Notes under the pieces: model-generated
Database searches by the model: none
Told to the model about the DNA's origin: nothing
Seen by the model: only the letters and a program-made list of their open reading frames with translations
Shown here: positions 28,418-36,987 of the stretch, piece after piece
How the letters are laid out: every line of letters begins with the position of its first letter
How positions within the stretch are numbered: the stretch's first letter is position 1
Program-made: the position numbers and the translations under genes
Assembly: GCA_964635275.1 (NCBI GenBank)
Contig: CAZWPN010000003.1
Location: forward strand, 800-64,799
Reading direction: 5' to 3'
DNA length: 64,000 nt
Source of the DNA: an uncultured Victivallales bacterium
GTDB lineage: Bacteria > Verrucomicrobiota > Kiritimatiellia > UBA8416 > CAZWPN01

Positions 28418-30034
28418 TCAAGGGACCAGTTCGCGGAGTCGCTGAATTCCAGGGTCGCCGGTCAGGATACGGCCCTCATGGTTCTTTCCTGCGGGGTCTT
28501 CCTCCGCCAGAAGCACGAGTTCGAACGCGCCTTCTGACGAGTCCAGGAATTCGTGAACGATGTCATCGGCCTGCAAGATCATCCTGCCGAACTGAGGCGT
28601 CAGTTTAAAGCGAACCGGGCCGCAGCCGTTCAATGTCCGGTAGACCAGCTCGGTGCAGCAAAGCTCGGAGGCGTCACTGAAGTCGAACTTGAAGTCGTAT
28701 TCGTCGCCGAGATACGAGTATACACGGTTGATGAAGTCCAGACGCTCGGCCGGCTTGAGAACCGGTCGCAAGACAACCACACGCAGAGCATTGTCCAGCA
28801 GGTAGTGGCCTATCGTGTTGAACACCACGCCTTCGGATACGGCCTCGATGAGATCTGCCTTGTTGCCGTGGACTGGACTGACCTCCGTGGCGCGGCGGTA
28901 CTTCTCGCGCCGGTGTTCGGGCAGGCCGGATGGTGTGAGGACGGTCAGCCCTACCGCGTTGCGCTTGTTGACCGGGCCGATGTAGGCGACCCCATGTTTG
29001 AATGTGCCCGGAAGAAAGAGGTTCGACATGTATCCGCTGCTGGCGGTCAGGGCAATGTCGCCGGGCTGCATCAGTGTCTCGACCTGCTTCACCTGTTCGC
29101 TGGAGAACTTCACGCTGTAGGCTATGGGACTCCGGATGCGGCCGACGCTGGTCAATGTGAAGGATATGGCGGCCATCATGGCGTCCTTGGATGTTTCCTT
29201 TGCCTGGCGGGTGATTTCGCCAAGTGCCGAGTGGCGTATCCGGTTCTCCACACCTGGCAGGAGGAGCGACTTCTTGCTGAGGATCCGCTGGACCTGCACG
29301 TCATAGTACTCGGCAAGGTTCGTGTTCTGTTCGCACAGTTCGCGGCAGGTCTGGTTCTTCCTGCAAAGTGCAGTGAGGGCGGACTTGGGGTCCGTCAGGG
29401 CTTCGGCATGCAACAGTGAGGCGGCGCGGACGGCCCGGATATTGTCGATGGAAGTCACCGAAAGAAATATCTTGTTGTATGTTCCTGGTGGGATGTCCGA
29501 TCTGGTGTATCCTTCGTTGAGCTTTGCGATAACGACTTCCTCTTCCATGAATGTTCCTATCAGACGGGCATCGTGGTAGGCCACTCGCAAAAATGCGTTG
29601 AACCCGATTGTCTGTCCCATTGCACGTGATTCGCCGAAGCGGAAGACGACGCTCTTCCGGCCATACCTCTCGCTGATATCCAGCAGTGTCTCCCGTAGCA
29701 TGAGGTAGCGGAAAAGGGCCAGTTCGATTCGATCATGGTCTTCGCTGGTGAAATACTCCTTGCCCTTGCGGTTGATGGATCGCTGCATGACGCTGAGTTC
29801 CTCGGCCAGCAAGTCGAGTTCATGGCCGATGCGGCGCAAGCGCAGCTCATCCACAAACAGTGAATGGGACTCGTCAGGAAGAGGATCCGCCGCCTTGGCG
29901 CCTGGAAGCACGCGGGATTCATCCCGTACATTCGCAAAGCGGTAGCCGGACGTGGTGCATCCTGGCGCGATTGCCAGCAGGACGAAAAGCAGAAAGACAG
30001 TGAGCCGCGGACGCAGGATATGTGACAGTTTCAT
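28418..30034 (-). CDS. Lipoprotein with C-terminal YiiX/YebB-like permuted papain-like NlpC/P60 domain
   Basis: Lipobox-like LLAIAPGC; PGDIAL...PGTFKHGVAYIG (His) precedes YDFKFDFSDASELCCTELVY (Cys), the permuted order. Confidence 0.8.
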   Translation of the reverse strand: MKLSHILRPRLTVFLLFVLLAIAPGCTTSGYRFANVRDESRVLPGAKAADPLPDESHSLFVDELRLRRIGHELDLLAEELSVMQRSINRKGKEYFTSEDHDRIELALFRYLMLRETLLDISERYGRKSVVFRFGESRAMGQTIGFNAFLRVAYHDARLIGTFMEEEVVIAKLNEGYTRSDIPPGTYNKIFLSVTSIDNIRAVRAASLLHAEALTDPKSALTALCRKNQTCRELCEQNTNLAEYYDVQVQRILSKKSLLLPGVENRIRHSALGEITRQAKETSKDAMMAAISFTLTSVGRIRSPIAYSVKFSSEQVKQVETLMQPGDIALTASSGYMSNLFLPGTFKHGVAYIGPVNKRNAVGLTVLTPSGLPEHRREKYRRATEVSPVHGNKADLIEAVSEGVVFNTIGHYLLDNALRVVVLRPVLKPAERLDFINRVYSYLGDEYDFKFDFSDASELCCTELVYRTLNGCGPVRFKLTPQFGRMILQADDIVHEFLDSSEGAFELVLLAEEDPAGKNHEGRILTGDPGIQRLRELVP

Positions 30035-30180
30035 AGTGTCGGCATGATCATCCTAATTCCGGATGCGCGTCAAGGACTATGAGCAGGAATTCCCATCATG
30101 GTGCACCCCGCGACCTTTCAGGCATGTTCTGCGACTTGGCGCGAAGATCGGATCAAACCAGATCGGAATCGGGTGCAGCA

Positions 30181-31674
30181 TCACACTGGCGTGAAGTTCA
30201 AGGTGCCCGGCCATCGTCCAATTGCGGCGGGCAACCGGCAGCCGGCGCAGCCGGTCCGGCGGTCAAGGCAGAAGTCCTGGGCAATCTGGATCAAGCCCTG
30301 CTGGCGCAGTCCGGTCCGATAGAGCGACGGCGAGTGATCGCGTCCGAAGAGCGCGTGGGCCGTCTCGCGGATTACGGCGTTGTTGGCCTCGATTGCCAGC
30401 GCGGCGAATAGCGGCTCGACGGACTTTCCGCAGGCGGCCAGGAACGGAAGGACGACGTTGGCGGCAATCGCCGCTTCGCGCTCGGCCCCGATCAAGGCGA
30501 TGGCCTGAGGCCGACGGCGACTCGCAAGGCCCTGGCGGTGAAGAACAAACTCCATGGCCACCGAGGCTTCCATAATGTCGTGGAGCGCATCGCGCCAGAC
30601 GATGGGATTTCTGGTGTCGATCGAAAGGATCTGGTCGGTCAGTGACAACTGTCGAACAAAGAGATCGGCGGCGCCGGCCAGCCGGCGAGTCGGGTGGTTT
30701 AGCGGGCGGCACCCGGAAAGCCGCCACAGGTTTCGCGGCAGCATTCTCTTTTCGAAGCGCGATTCGCGCTTCCACCACGCCGTCCACATCCGCCGAATGA
30801 AGCCGACAGACTCATCCTCACGATCCGGAGTGCACTGTCGTGGTATCAAGCCGGCAACACCGAGGAGGATGGCGTACGCTGTGAGGACGTCACCCTCGGA
30901 TATGTCCCTGAGTTCCTGGACTGGGATGGCATGCGCCAGATGACGGAATGCCGACCGGTTGTTCTTAAACCCGAGAGCTACCATCCACTCCTCGTACAGG
31001 GCCTGATCGGGGCCGACTTCGCTGATTGCAGTCGCCATCCGAGCGGCCTTTGCTCGAAGCCGTTCTTGTCCGGCGGCATCGAGGAGGGCCATTCTGGCGC
31101 CGCCGGGCATGGCGGCAAGCGCCTCGGCGCATGGCGGGCGTTCTGCCGTCAGAGTCGCGTAAGGGAATGCGTCAACGTCGATCGACTCGAAGGAGAATCC
31201 TGGCATGGCGGCGAGTGCGCCGCGCAGGGCAATGTGCGTGGCTCCCGGCGGGAGAACGCCGTCGGGGAGGCGGCCGGACCAGTAGGTTAGGTGGCAGACC
31301 ACTTTCGCATACGCGGGATCGCTTGAATGGCCGTGGTGCTGCCAATCCGCGGGACGAAGGTGGACCTCCACGTCGCCGACCACGCGCCGGGCCTTGTGGC
31401 CTATGGCGAGGATGGCGTCAAGGAAATCAGGGCCGGCTTCGAGATTCCAGCGTCCGGGGTCTTCGACCCGCACCGGCTCGCCTTCGAGGGTGTGCAGTGC
31501 CTGAGGGCGAAGCGAGGGATCTGCCCAGACACATCGCAGATGCCGCTCCGAAGGGGGGTCGTTCCTATCCCGTATGCCGGATTCATGGGCCACAAGTGAA
31601 GGAACGGCTGTGAGGTTCGCATAGCGGTGCGCCATGCGAAAACTGGAAGATCCCGTCAAATAATCGATTTCCAT
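30181..31674 (-). CDS. DUF2851 family protein
   Basis: PGRWNLEAGPDFLDA, GDVEVHLRPADWQHHGHSSDPAY, LGFKNNR, QQGLIQI..DFC. Confidence 0.88.
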   Translation of the reverse strand: MEIDYLTGSSSFRMAHRYANLTAVPSLVAHESGIRDRNDPPSERHLRCVWADPSLRPQALHTLEGEPVRVEDPGRWNLEAGPDFLDAILAIGHKARRVVGDVEVHLRPADWQHHGHSSDPAYAKVVCHLTYWSGRLPDGVLPPGATHIALRGALAAMPGFSFESIDVDAFPYATLTAERPPCAEALAAMPGGARMALLDAAGQERLRAKAARMATAISEVGPDQALYEEWMVALGFKNNRSAFRHLAHAIPVQELRDISEGDVLTAYAILLGVAGLIPRQCTPDREDESVGFIRRMWTAWWKRESRFEKRMLPRNLWRLSGCRPLNHPTRRLAGAADLFVRQLSLTDQILSIDTRNPIVWRDALHDIMEASVAMEFVLHRQGLASRRRPQAIALIGAEREAAIAANVVLPFLAACGKSVEPLFAALAIEANNAVIRETAHALFGRDHSPSLYRTGLRQQGLIQIAQDFCLDRRTGCAGCRLPAAIGRWPGTLNFTPV

Positions 31675-31730
31675 CGTGTGAGCCGCTGTTATCCGTTCCT
31701 GAATGGGAAAACGATTGCGTTAACCCGTCC

Positions 31731-31758
31731 TTGACTCGGGCTGGCGGGACGGGATAAT
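31731..31758 (+). promoter_or_regulatory. Candidate sigma-70 promoter for the ABC/Gld-like operon
   Basis: TTGACT (31731-31736), 16-nt spacer, GATAAT (31753-31758), about 30-40 bp before the ABC ATPase start. Confidence 0.45.
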
Positions 31759-31790
31759 AGCAATGTTTTTCGTGAAGTCAAACGCTGGGG

Positions 31791-32801
31791 TTGTCTGGCA
31801 TGATCCGGGTGGAACATCTGACCAAGTGTTTCGGAGACGTCGTAGCGGTTGACGACATTTCGTTCCACGTCCGGAGAGGCGAAGTCGTCGGGTTTCTCGG
31901 GCCGAACGGTGCTGGCAAGACCACGACGATGCGCATTCTTTCGTGTTTCCTATCCGCGACGGGCGGCAAGGTCATCATTGGCGACCGGGACGCGTTTCGC
32001 GACTCGTTGGACGTGCGCCGCCTGATAGGCTATCTCCCTGAGAGTGTGCCGCTTTATGTGGATATGAGGGTGGGAGAGTACCTGACTTATCGCGCCCGCC
32101 TGAAAGGTCTTCATGGGGGGAGATTGCGGGCACGCGTGGACGATGTGGTCGTGCAGTGCGATTTGAAGGATGTGTACCGGTCCGTTATTGGAACATTGTC
32201 CAAGGGGTTCCGTCAGCGTGTGGGGTTGGCCGATAGTCTGGTGCATGAACCGGCTGTCCTGATTCTTGACGAACCGACACTTGGGCTCGATCCCAACCAG
32301 ATCCGGCATGTCAGGCAGTTGATCAAGGGGCTGGCGCGGCGATATACCGTTCTGCTTTCGAGTCACATTCTTCATGAGATCGAGAGCGTCTGTGAGCGCG
32401 TCCTGATCATGAACCATGGCCGGATCGTGACATCCGACACAACGGAGAGCCTTATGGCGGTCATCAAGGGGCACTCGGTCGTGACGGTTGAACTGCACGG
32501 GCCTGCCGAGGAAATGGAGAAGCGTCTCCAGACTCTGACGTCCGTGGCCCGGGTTACCACCGAGACTCTTGAGCGGGGATGGTCGCGTTTTCGTATCGAG
32601 TGCCGGAAGGGGAGGGATGTCAGGATCGATTTGTTTCATATGGCCAGCCTGAACGGCTGGATTTTGCGTGAGCTTCGCGAGGAGCGCCGCAATCTCGAGG
32701 ATGTGTTTGTCTCGGTCACCATGGGTTTGGGGCAGGAGCCTGACGGTGGTGGCAGCGGCGATCCTGGCGGGATAGTTATTGAGGAGGGTGAAACGCCGTG
32801 A
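31791..32801 (+). CDS. ABC transporter ATP-binding protein (GldA-like)
   Basis: GPNGAGKTT, LSKGFRQRVGLA, LILDEPT, LSSH; start may be ATG 31800. Confidence 0.92.
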   Translation: MSGMIRVEHLTKCFGDVVAVDDISFHVRRGEVVGFLGPNGAGKTTTMRILSCFLSATGGKVIIGDRDAFRDSLDVRRLIGYLPESVPLYVDMRVGEYLTYRARLKGLHGGRLRARVDDVVVQCDLKDVYRSVIGTLSKGFRQRVGLADSLVHEPAVLILDEPTLGLDPNQIRHVRQLIKGLARRYTVLLSSHILHEIESVCERVLIMNHGRIVTSDTTESLMAVIKGHSVVTVELHGPAEEMEKRLQTLTSVARVTTETLERGWSRFRIECRKGRDVRIDLFHMASLNGWILRELREERRNLEDVFVSVTMGLGQEPDGGGSGDPGGIVIEEGETP

Positions 32802-33538
32802 GAGCGGGATTTGTCGTGTGGCGGCGGGAGTTGGGGAGTTGTTTCCTCTCACCCGTAGCGTATGTAATTATGGTGCTCTTTCTGGCGCTCAGCGGATGGG
32901 TGTTTCTCCAGCTGGCAGAGGGATACTCGGGGACTTCGGAGTCCCTGCCGGGACTTCTTTTCCGCGTGGTTGTGTTCCTATGGCTTCCGGTACTGAGCAC
33001 AGTAATAACTATGCGGCTTTTTGCCGAAGAAAGACAAGTGGGTACCATCGAGGCGTTGATGACCGCGCCGGTTAGCGAGGCGGAGGTTGTCCTGGGCAAG
33101 TATGCCGGCGCGCTCACGTTCGCGCTGGCGGTATCCTTGCCGGCGCTCAGCAGCCTGTTCATCCTTGCCTACCTCAGCCCCGGCCTTTCGGTCAGGCAGT
33201 TGGACGGCGGGGCGATCGCTGGCGGTGTGCTGATTCTTGTTCTGATGGCGGCGGCCTGCACGGCAGTGGGGTTGCTTGCCTCACTGCTGACGCGCAACCA
33301 GATCGTGGCGGCGGTGACTTGTTTCGCGGCGATTCTGTTCCCGCTGGTTGTCGGTCAGATGCTGGCGTTAACGTCGCTGATGCCGGTCGGGCTTGCTGCG
33401 TACGTGTCGGCCGACGGCCACGTTCTGTCGTTTGCCCGGGGGTCCATAGATACCCGTCCGGTTGTCCTCTACCTTTCATTGACCGCCCTGCTGCTGTTTA
33501 TATCGGTGCGGGTTTTGGAGTCGCGGCGATGGCGGTAG
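32798..33538 (+). CDS. ABC-2 type permease (GldF-like)
   Basis: RRELGSCFLSPVAYV, TMRLFAEERQVGTIEALMTAPV, VLGKY, NQIVAA; overlaps the ATPase stop. Confidence 0.9.
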   Translation: MRAGFVVWRRELGSCFLSPVAYVIMVLFLALSGWVFLQLAEGYSGTSESLPGLLFRVVVFLWLPVLSTVITMRLFAEERQVGTIEALMTAPVSEAEVVLGKYAGALTFALAVSLPALSSLFILAYLSPGLSVRQLDGGAIAGGVLILVLMAAACTAVGLLASLLTRNQIVAAVTCFAAILFPLVVGQMLALTSLMPVGLAAYVSADGHVLSFARGSIDTRPVVLYLSLTALLLFISVRVLESRRWR

Positions 33539-35061
33539 AACCAGAAGAAAGAAGCATGGTCCACGATCGTTCACAAGGGCGGCGGAGTATCTGGCGGCAC
33601 CGTGGCTGGCGGGTTGCCACTGGGTTGAACGTGTGCCTTTCGGTGGCTCTTGCGCTGCTGGCTTTCGGCATGGTCAACTACATCGGGTGGAAGTACTACG
33701 CTCGGTGGGACGTGGGGCGGTCGGATTACTACCAGCTTTCTAACAAGACGCTAAGCATGATTCGTCATCTGAGCGACGACGTGAAGGTCGTAGCGTTTGT
33801 TCAGAAGAGCTTCTGGATACACGACGAAATACAGACCTTGCTGCAGGAGTACGAGTATGCAGGGCGCCGACTTACCACGCCACGGCTCGAAGTCCGGTTC
33901 ATTGATCCGGATCGGGAATTGGCGCTGGCGAGAGATATGGCGGCACGGTATGACGTCCATGGCGCCAATGTGGTGGTCTTCGAGTGTCAGGGCCGTCGCA
34001 AGGTGGTGGAGGCTCAGTCCATTGCCGACACGGAATACACTCTCAAGGCGTCGGGCGGGTTGGAGAAGCGCATGGTAGGCTTCCGCGCCGAGGAGGCGTT
34101 CTCTTCCGCCATTCTTTGTGTCAGCCAGTCAGCCAGTCCGATTGTCTACTTTCTTCGGGGCCATGGGGAGCGTGACGTGCAGGATTTTACCGATCAGTTC
34201 GGGTATTCTGGAGTCGGTCGTGCGCTCCGGAGAGACAATATGGAAGTGCGGGCATTGCTTCTTGCCGAGCATGGCGGCGTCCCTGCCGACTGTTCGGTGC
34301 TGGTTATCGCTGGTCCTGAACAGAAATTGCCTGCGGCGGAAGTCGAGCTGATTGCCGGCTATCTGAGCCGCAACGGGCGACTTATGGTGCTTCTGGATCC
34401 GGGAGTCCGGACGGGAATCGAGCCGCTTCTGGAGGAGTGGGGGGTCAAGTTATCCACGGACGTTGTAGTTGGTCTGACCCTTACCGGGCGGGAACTTGTG
34501 GTATCCGACTATGGTGAGCACCCGATTACGAAGGGCCTGATGCGTACAGCAACCCTGTTCTACAGTCCGCGCTCGGTTGAACAGCGGGATCCCGGGTCTG
34601 ACCGTGAGGGCGCCGTTGACCGACCGCGAGTGACGCCGTTGGCGATGAACACCGCCGAGGGATGGGCCGAGGCCGATTTGAAGCAGCATCCGCCGAAGTT
34701 TGACGCGGCGGTGGACCGTCGCGGCCCCGTTTCCGTTGCCGTTGCCGTGGAGAAAGGGCCTTCTTCAGCGATCCGGACAGGACTGAAGCCGGCGCGGCTT
34801 GTTGTGATCGGTGATTCCTTCTTCGTTGCCAACGGTGCACTCTCCAAGGGCGCCGGTGGGAACAAGGATCTCTTCCTGAGCTCTATGAACTGGTTGATTG
34901 AGAGGGAGACGCTTCTGGCCATCGGGCCGAAGAAGCCCGGCGTCTGGAGCTTGAATATGGATCGCAGGGTGAGTCGGACCGCGTACCTTGTTATTGTGGG
35001 AGCGGTTCCTGGAGTTATGGCGCTCCTGGGGTTGATGGTATGGGCGAGGAGGCGGAAGTGA
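33529..35061 (+). CDS. GldG-family ABC auxiliary component
   Basis: RWDV....Y.LSNKT, FIDPDRE, EEAFSSAIL, VYFLRGHGE, LVIAGPE, LVVIGDSFF, N.DLFLSSMNWL; start moved to ATG 33529. Confidence 0.88.
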   Translation: MAVEPEERSMVHDRSQGRRSIWRHRGWRVATGLNVCLSVALALLAFGMVNYIGWKYYARWDVGRSDYYQLSNKTLSMIRHLSDDVKVVAFVQKSFWIHDEIQTLLQEYEYAGRRLTTPRLEVRFIDPDRELALARDMAARYDVHGANVVVFECQGRRKVVEAQSIADTEYTLKASGGLEKRMVGFRAEEAFSSAILCVSQSASPIVYFLRGHGERDVQDFTDQFGYSGVGRALRRDNMEVRALLLAEHGGVPADCSVLVIAGPEQKLPAAEVELIAGYLSRNGRLMVLLDPGVRTGIEPLLEEWGVKLSTDVVVGLTLTGRELVVSDYGEHPITKGLMRTATLFYSPRSVEQRDPGSDREGAVDRPRVTPLAMNTAEGWAEADLKQHPPKFDAAVDRRGPVSVAVAVEKGPSSAIRTGLKPARLVVIGDSFFVANGALSKGAGGNKDLFLSSMNWLIERETLLAIGPKKPGVWSLNMDRRVSRTAYLVIVGAVPGVMALLGLMVWARRRK

Positions 35062-36965
35062 CGTCGCTGACGACCTTCCGTCTTCTGGTCCTGGTTGCCC
35101 TGCTGGCCGGCATCATCTGGGTTCTAGACCGGCACTGGCTGGCAGTGGAGGAGCCACGTCGCGAGGAGTCCAAGTTGTTTCCTCCGTATGCCAATGATGT
35201 GGAATCTATCGTTTTGACGCGCGGTCAGACGGAGATGGTTCTCACGCGCCCGAAAGGCATCTGGGTCTTGGAGCGGCCGATTCAAGCGCAGGTAAACCCC
35301 GAGAAGATCGAGCGCATCCTCAGCGTGATGGAATCCCTGCCCGTCCGCGAGCGTATCACGGCGGAGCAGCGTCGGTTGCGGGATCTTGAGCTGGCCGACT
35401 ATGGTCTCGCGGATACCGCCATTCGCCTTACGATTTCCGCAGGCCAGCGGCGGGACGACATCCGCGTTGGAAACGTTTCTGCGCTCAGCGATATGGTTTA
35501 TGTGCGGGTGGGTGACAGCATGGACGTCATTGCCACCTCGCGTGAGATGGTCTTGGCCCTGCCATCCGGTGTGGATGAGATGAGGGATCGCGCGTTGCTG
35601 CGGGGTGATGCATACCGGACCGTGCGACTTGAGATCACACGGCCAGATGGATTCATTCAACTGGCCCGGGCCGCAGGCGGCTGGATCATTCAGCAACCTG
35701 TCAGCTTCCGGGCCGACGCTGCGCAGGTGAACCGGATGCTGGACGTCCTCTTCTCGACTCCGGTGTCGGAGTTTGTGTGGGACCCTGCAGCCGGACCAGC
35801 GGTCGACAAGGGTCGTGCGCGAGAACGCGTCGAGGCCTTCGGACTTTCTCCGGATGACGCTGCCCTGCGCATTCGTGTATGGGTGGCCGGCGACGAGGTT
35901 GGGCAGGAAGTGGTGTTCGGCAAGCCGCTGACCGACGGACGGAATCTGGTCTATGCAAAGCTTCGGGACAGCGAGTCTGTGGTGGCCGTCGGCGCGCAGG
36001 TACAGGCGGCCTTTCGCGTCGGCGTCGGCGATCTGAGGGACCGGAGGATTTTCGCGTTGTCGGCCGCGGATTCACGCTATTTCGTGTGCCGTCAGGGCGA
36101 TCGGCGCGTCGTGTTGCGTAGACAGAACGGGGCCGGGTGGATGATCGTAGAGCCGATCCAGTGGCGGGCCGACGAACCGACAGTGTCGGCGATTGTCGAT
36201 TCGGTTGCGGGGATGGCGGCGTTGTCCTTTGAGGACGGTGTGCCCCGTGGCCTGAAGGAGCTTGGGATGGACCCGCCTTGGTGCATGGTGCACTTGGGAA
36301 CAGTGGCGCCACCCGATGTTGTGCAGGTTCCGCCGTCGGCTCGGGAACCAGAGGGCGATGGTCGCAAGCGAAACAAGGACTTGGATCGGATATGGTTGTC
36401 CAACGTCATTCAGACCAATGGAACGGTCTTGGCGCGCTATGACGGGACTGAAACCTACTTCTGGGTTTCTGCCGAATCCATCTCCCGTCTGGCTCCGACG
36501 CCAGCGGAGCCGCTGGTTTACCGTGACCGACTGATGATGGCGATCCCTCCGGAGTCGGTGTCGAGTCTTTCGTTGCGGCGCGAGAAAGGAGAGCAGCGTG
36601 TAGCGCTGCTCTCCACTGGAAATGTCTGGGTCGCCGAGTCGCCAGCGACTGGAATACCGGATCAGGCGGCAATTCGGGATATCCTTTGTCTGCTGGCGAA
36701 CCTGCGCGCTTTGCGCATTGAGTACCACGGTGCGGAAAACCTCGAGGCGTACGGGCTGGACAAGGATGCCACCGTGCTGGTCGTATCGCTCTCTGGAGGC
36801 GAGGGCATTCAGAAATCACTCTACATGGGTTTTCGGTCGCGCACCGACGGGGTGTATGCCATGGTGCAGGGGCAGGACTTGGTGTTCGTCCTGGACAAGG
36901 GGCAAGTTGAACGGCTGAACGCAGATCTGGTCAGGCCGCCGCGGCCGGCTAACGAGCCACGGTAG
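35040..36965 (+). CDS. DUF4340 domain-containing protein (repeated domains)
   Basis: N-terminal TM and three DUF4340-like repeats (LADYGL, VEAFGL, LKELGM, LEAYGL); typical position after GldG; start may be GTG 35058. Confidence 0.8.
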   Translation: MGEEAEVTSLTTFRLLVLVALLAGIIWVLDRHWLAVEEPRREESKLFPPYANDVESIVLTRGQTEMVLTRPKGIWVLERPIQAQVNPEKIERILSVMESLPVRERITAEQRRLRDLELADYGLADTAIRLTISAGQRRDDIRVGNVSALSDMVYVRVGDSMDVIATSREMVLALPSGVDEMRDRALLRGDAYRTVRLEITRPDGFIQLARAAGGWIIQQPVSFRADAAQVNRMLDVLFSTPVSEFVWDPAAGPAVDKGRARERVEAFGLSPDDAALRIRVWVAGDEVGQEVVFGKPLTDGRNLVYAKLRDSESVVAVGAQVQAAFRVGVGDLRDRRIFALSAADSRYFVCRQGDRRVVLRRQNGAGWMIVEPIQWRADEPTVSAIVDSVAGMAALSFEDGVPRGLKELGMDPPWCMVHLGTVAPPDVVQVPPSAREPEGDGRKRNKDLDRIWLSNVIQTNGTVLARYDGTETYFWVSAESISRLAPTPAEPLVYRDRLMMAIPPESVSSLSLRREKGEQRVALLSTGNVWVAESPATGIPDQAAIRDILCLLANLRALRIEYHGAENLEAYGLDKDATVLVVSLSGGEGIQKSLYMGFRSRTDGVYAMVQGQDLVFVLDKGQVERLNADLVRPPRPANEPR

Positions 36966-36987
36966 CGGTCCGGCAAGGCGTGCTGGA

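Noticed and set aside
31791-36965. Calling the ABC cluster a gliding-motility system
   Set aside because: GldAFG-like genes are widespread in non-gliding bacteria and no gldK-N or spr genes are present.
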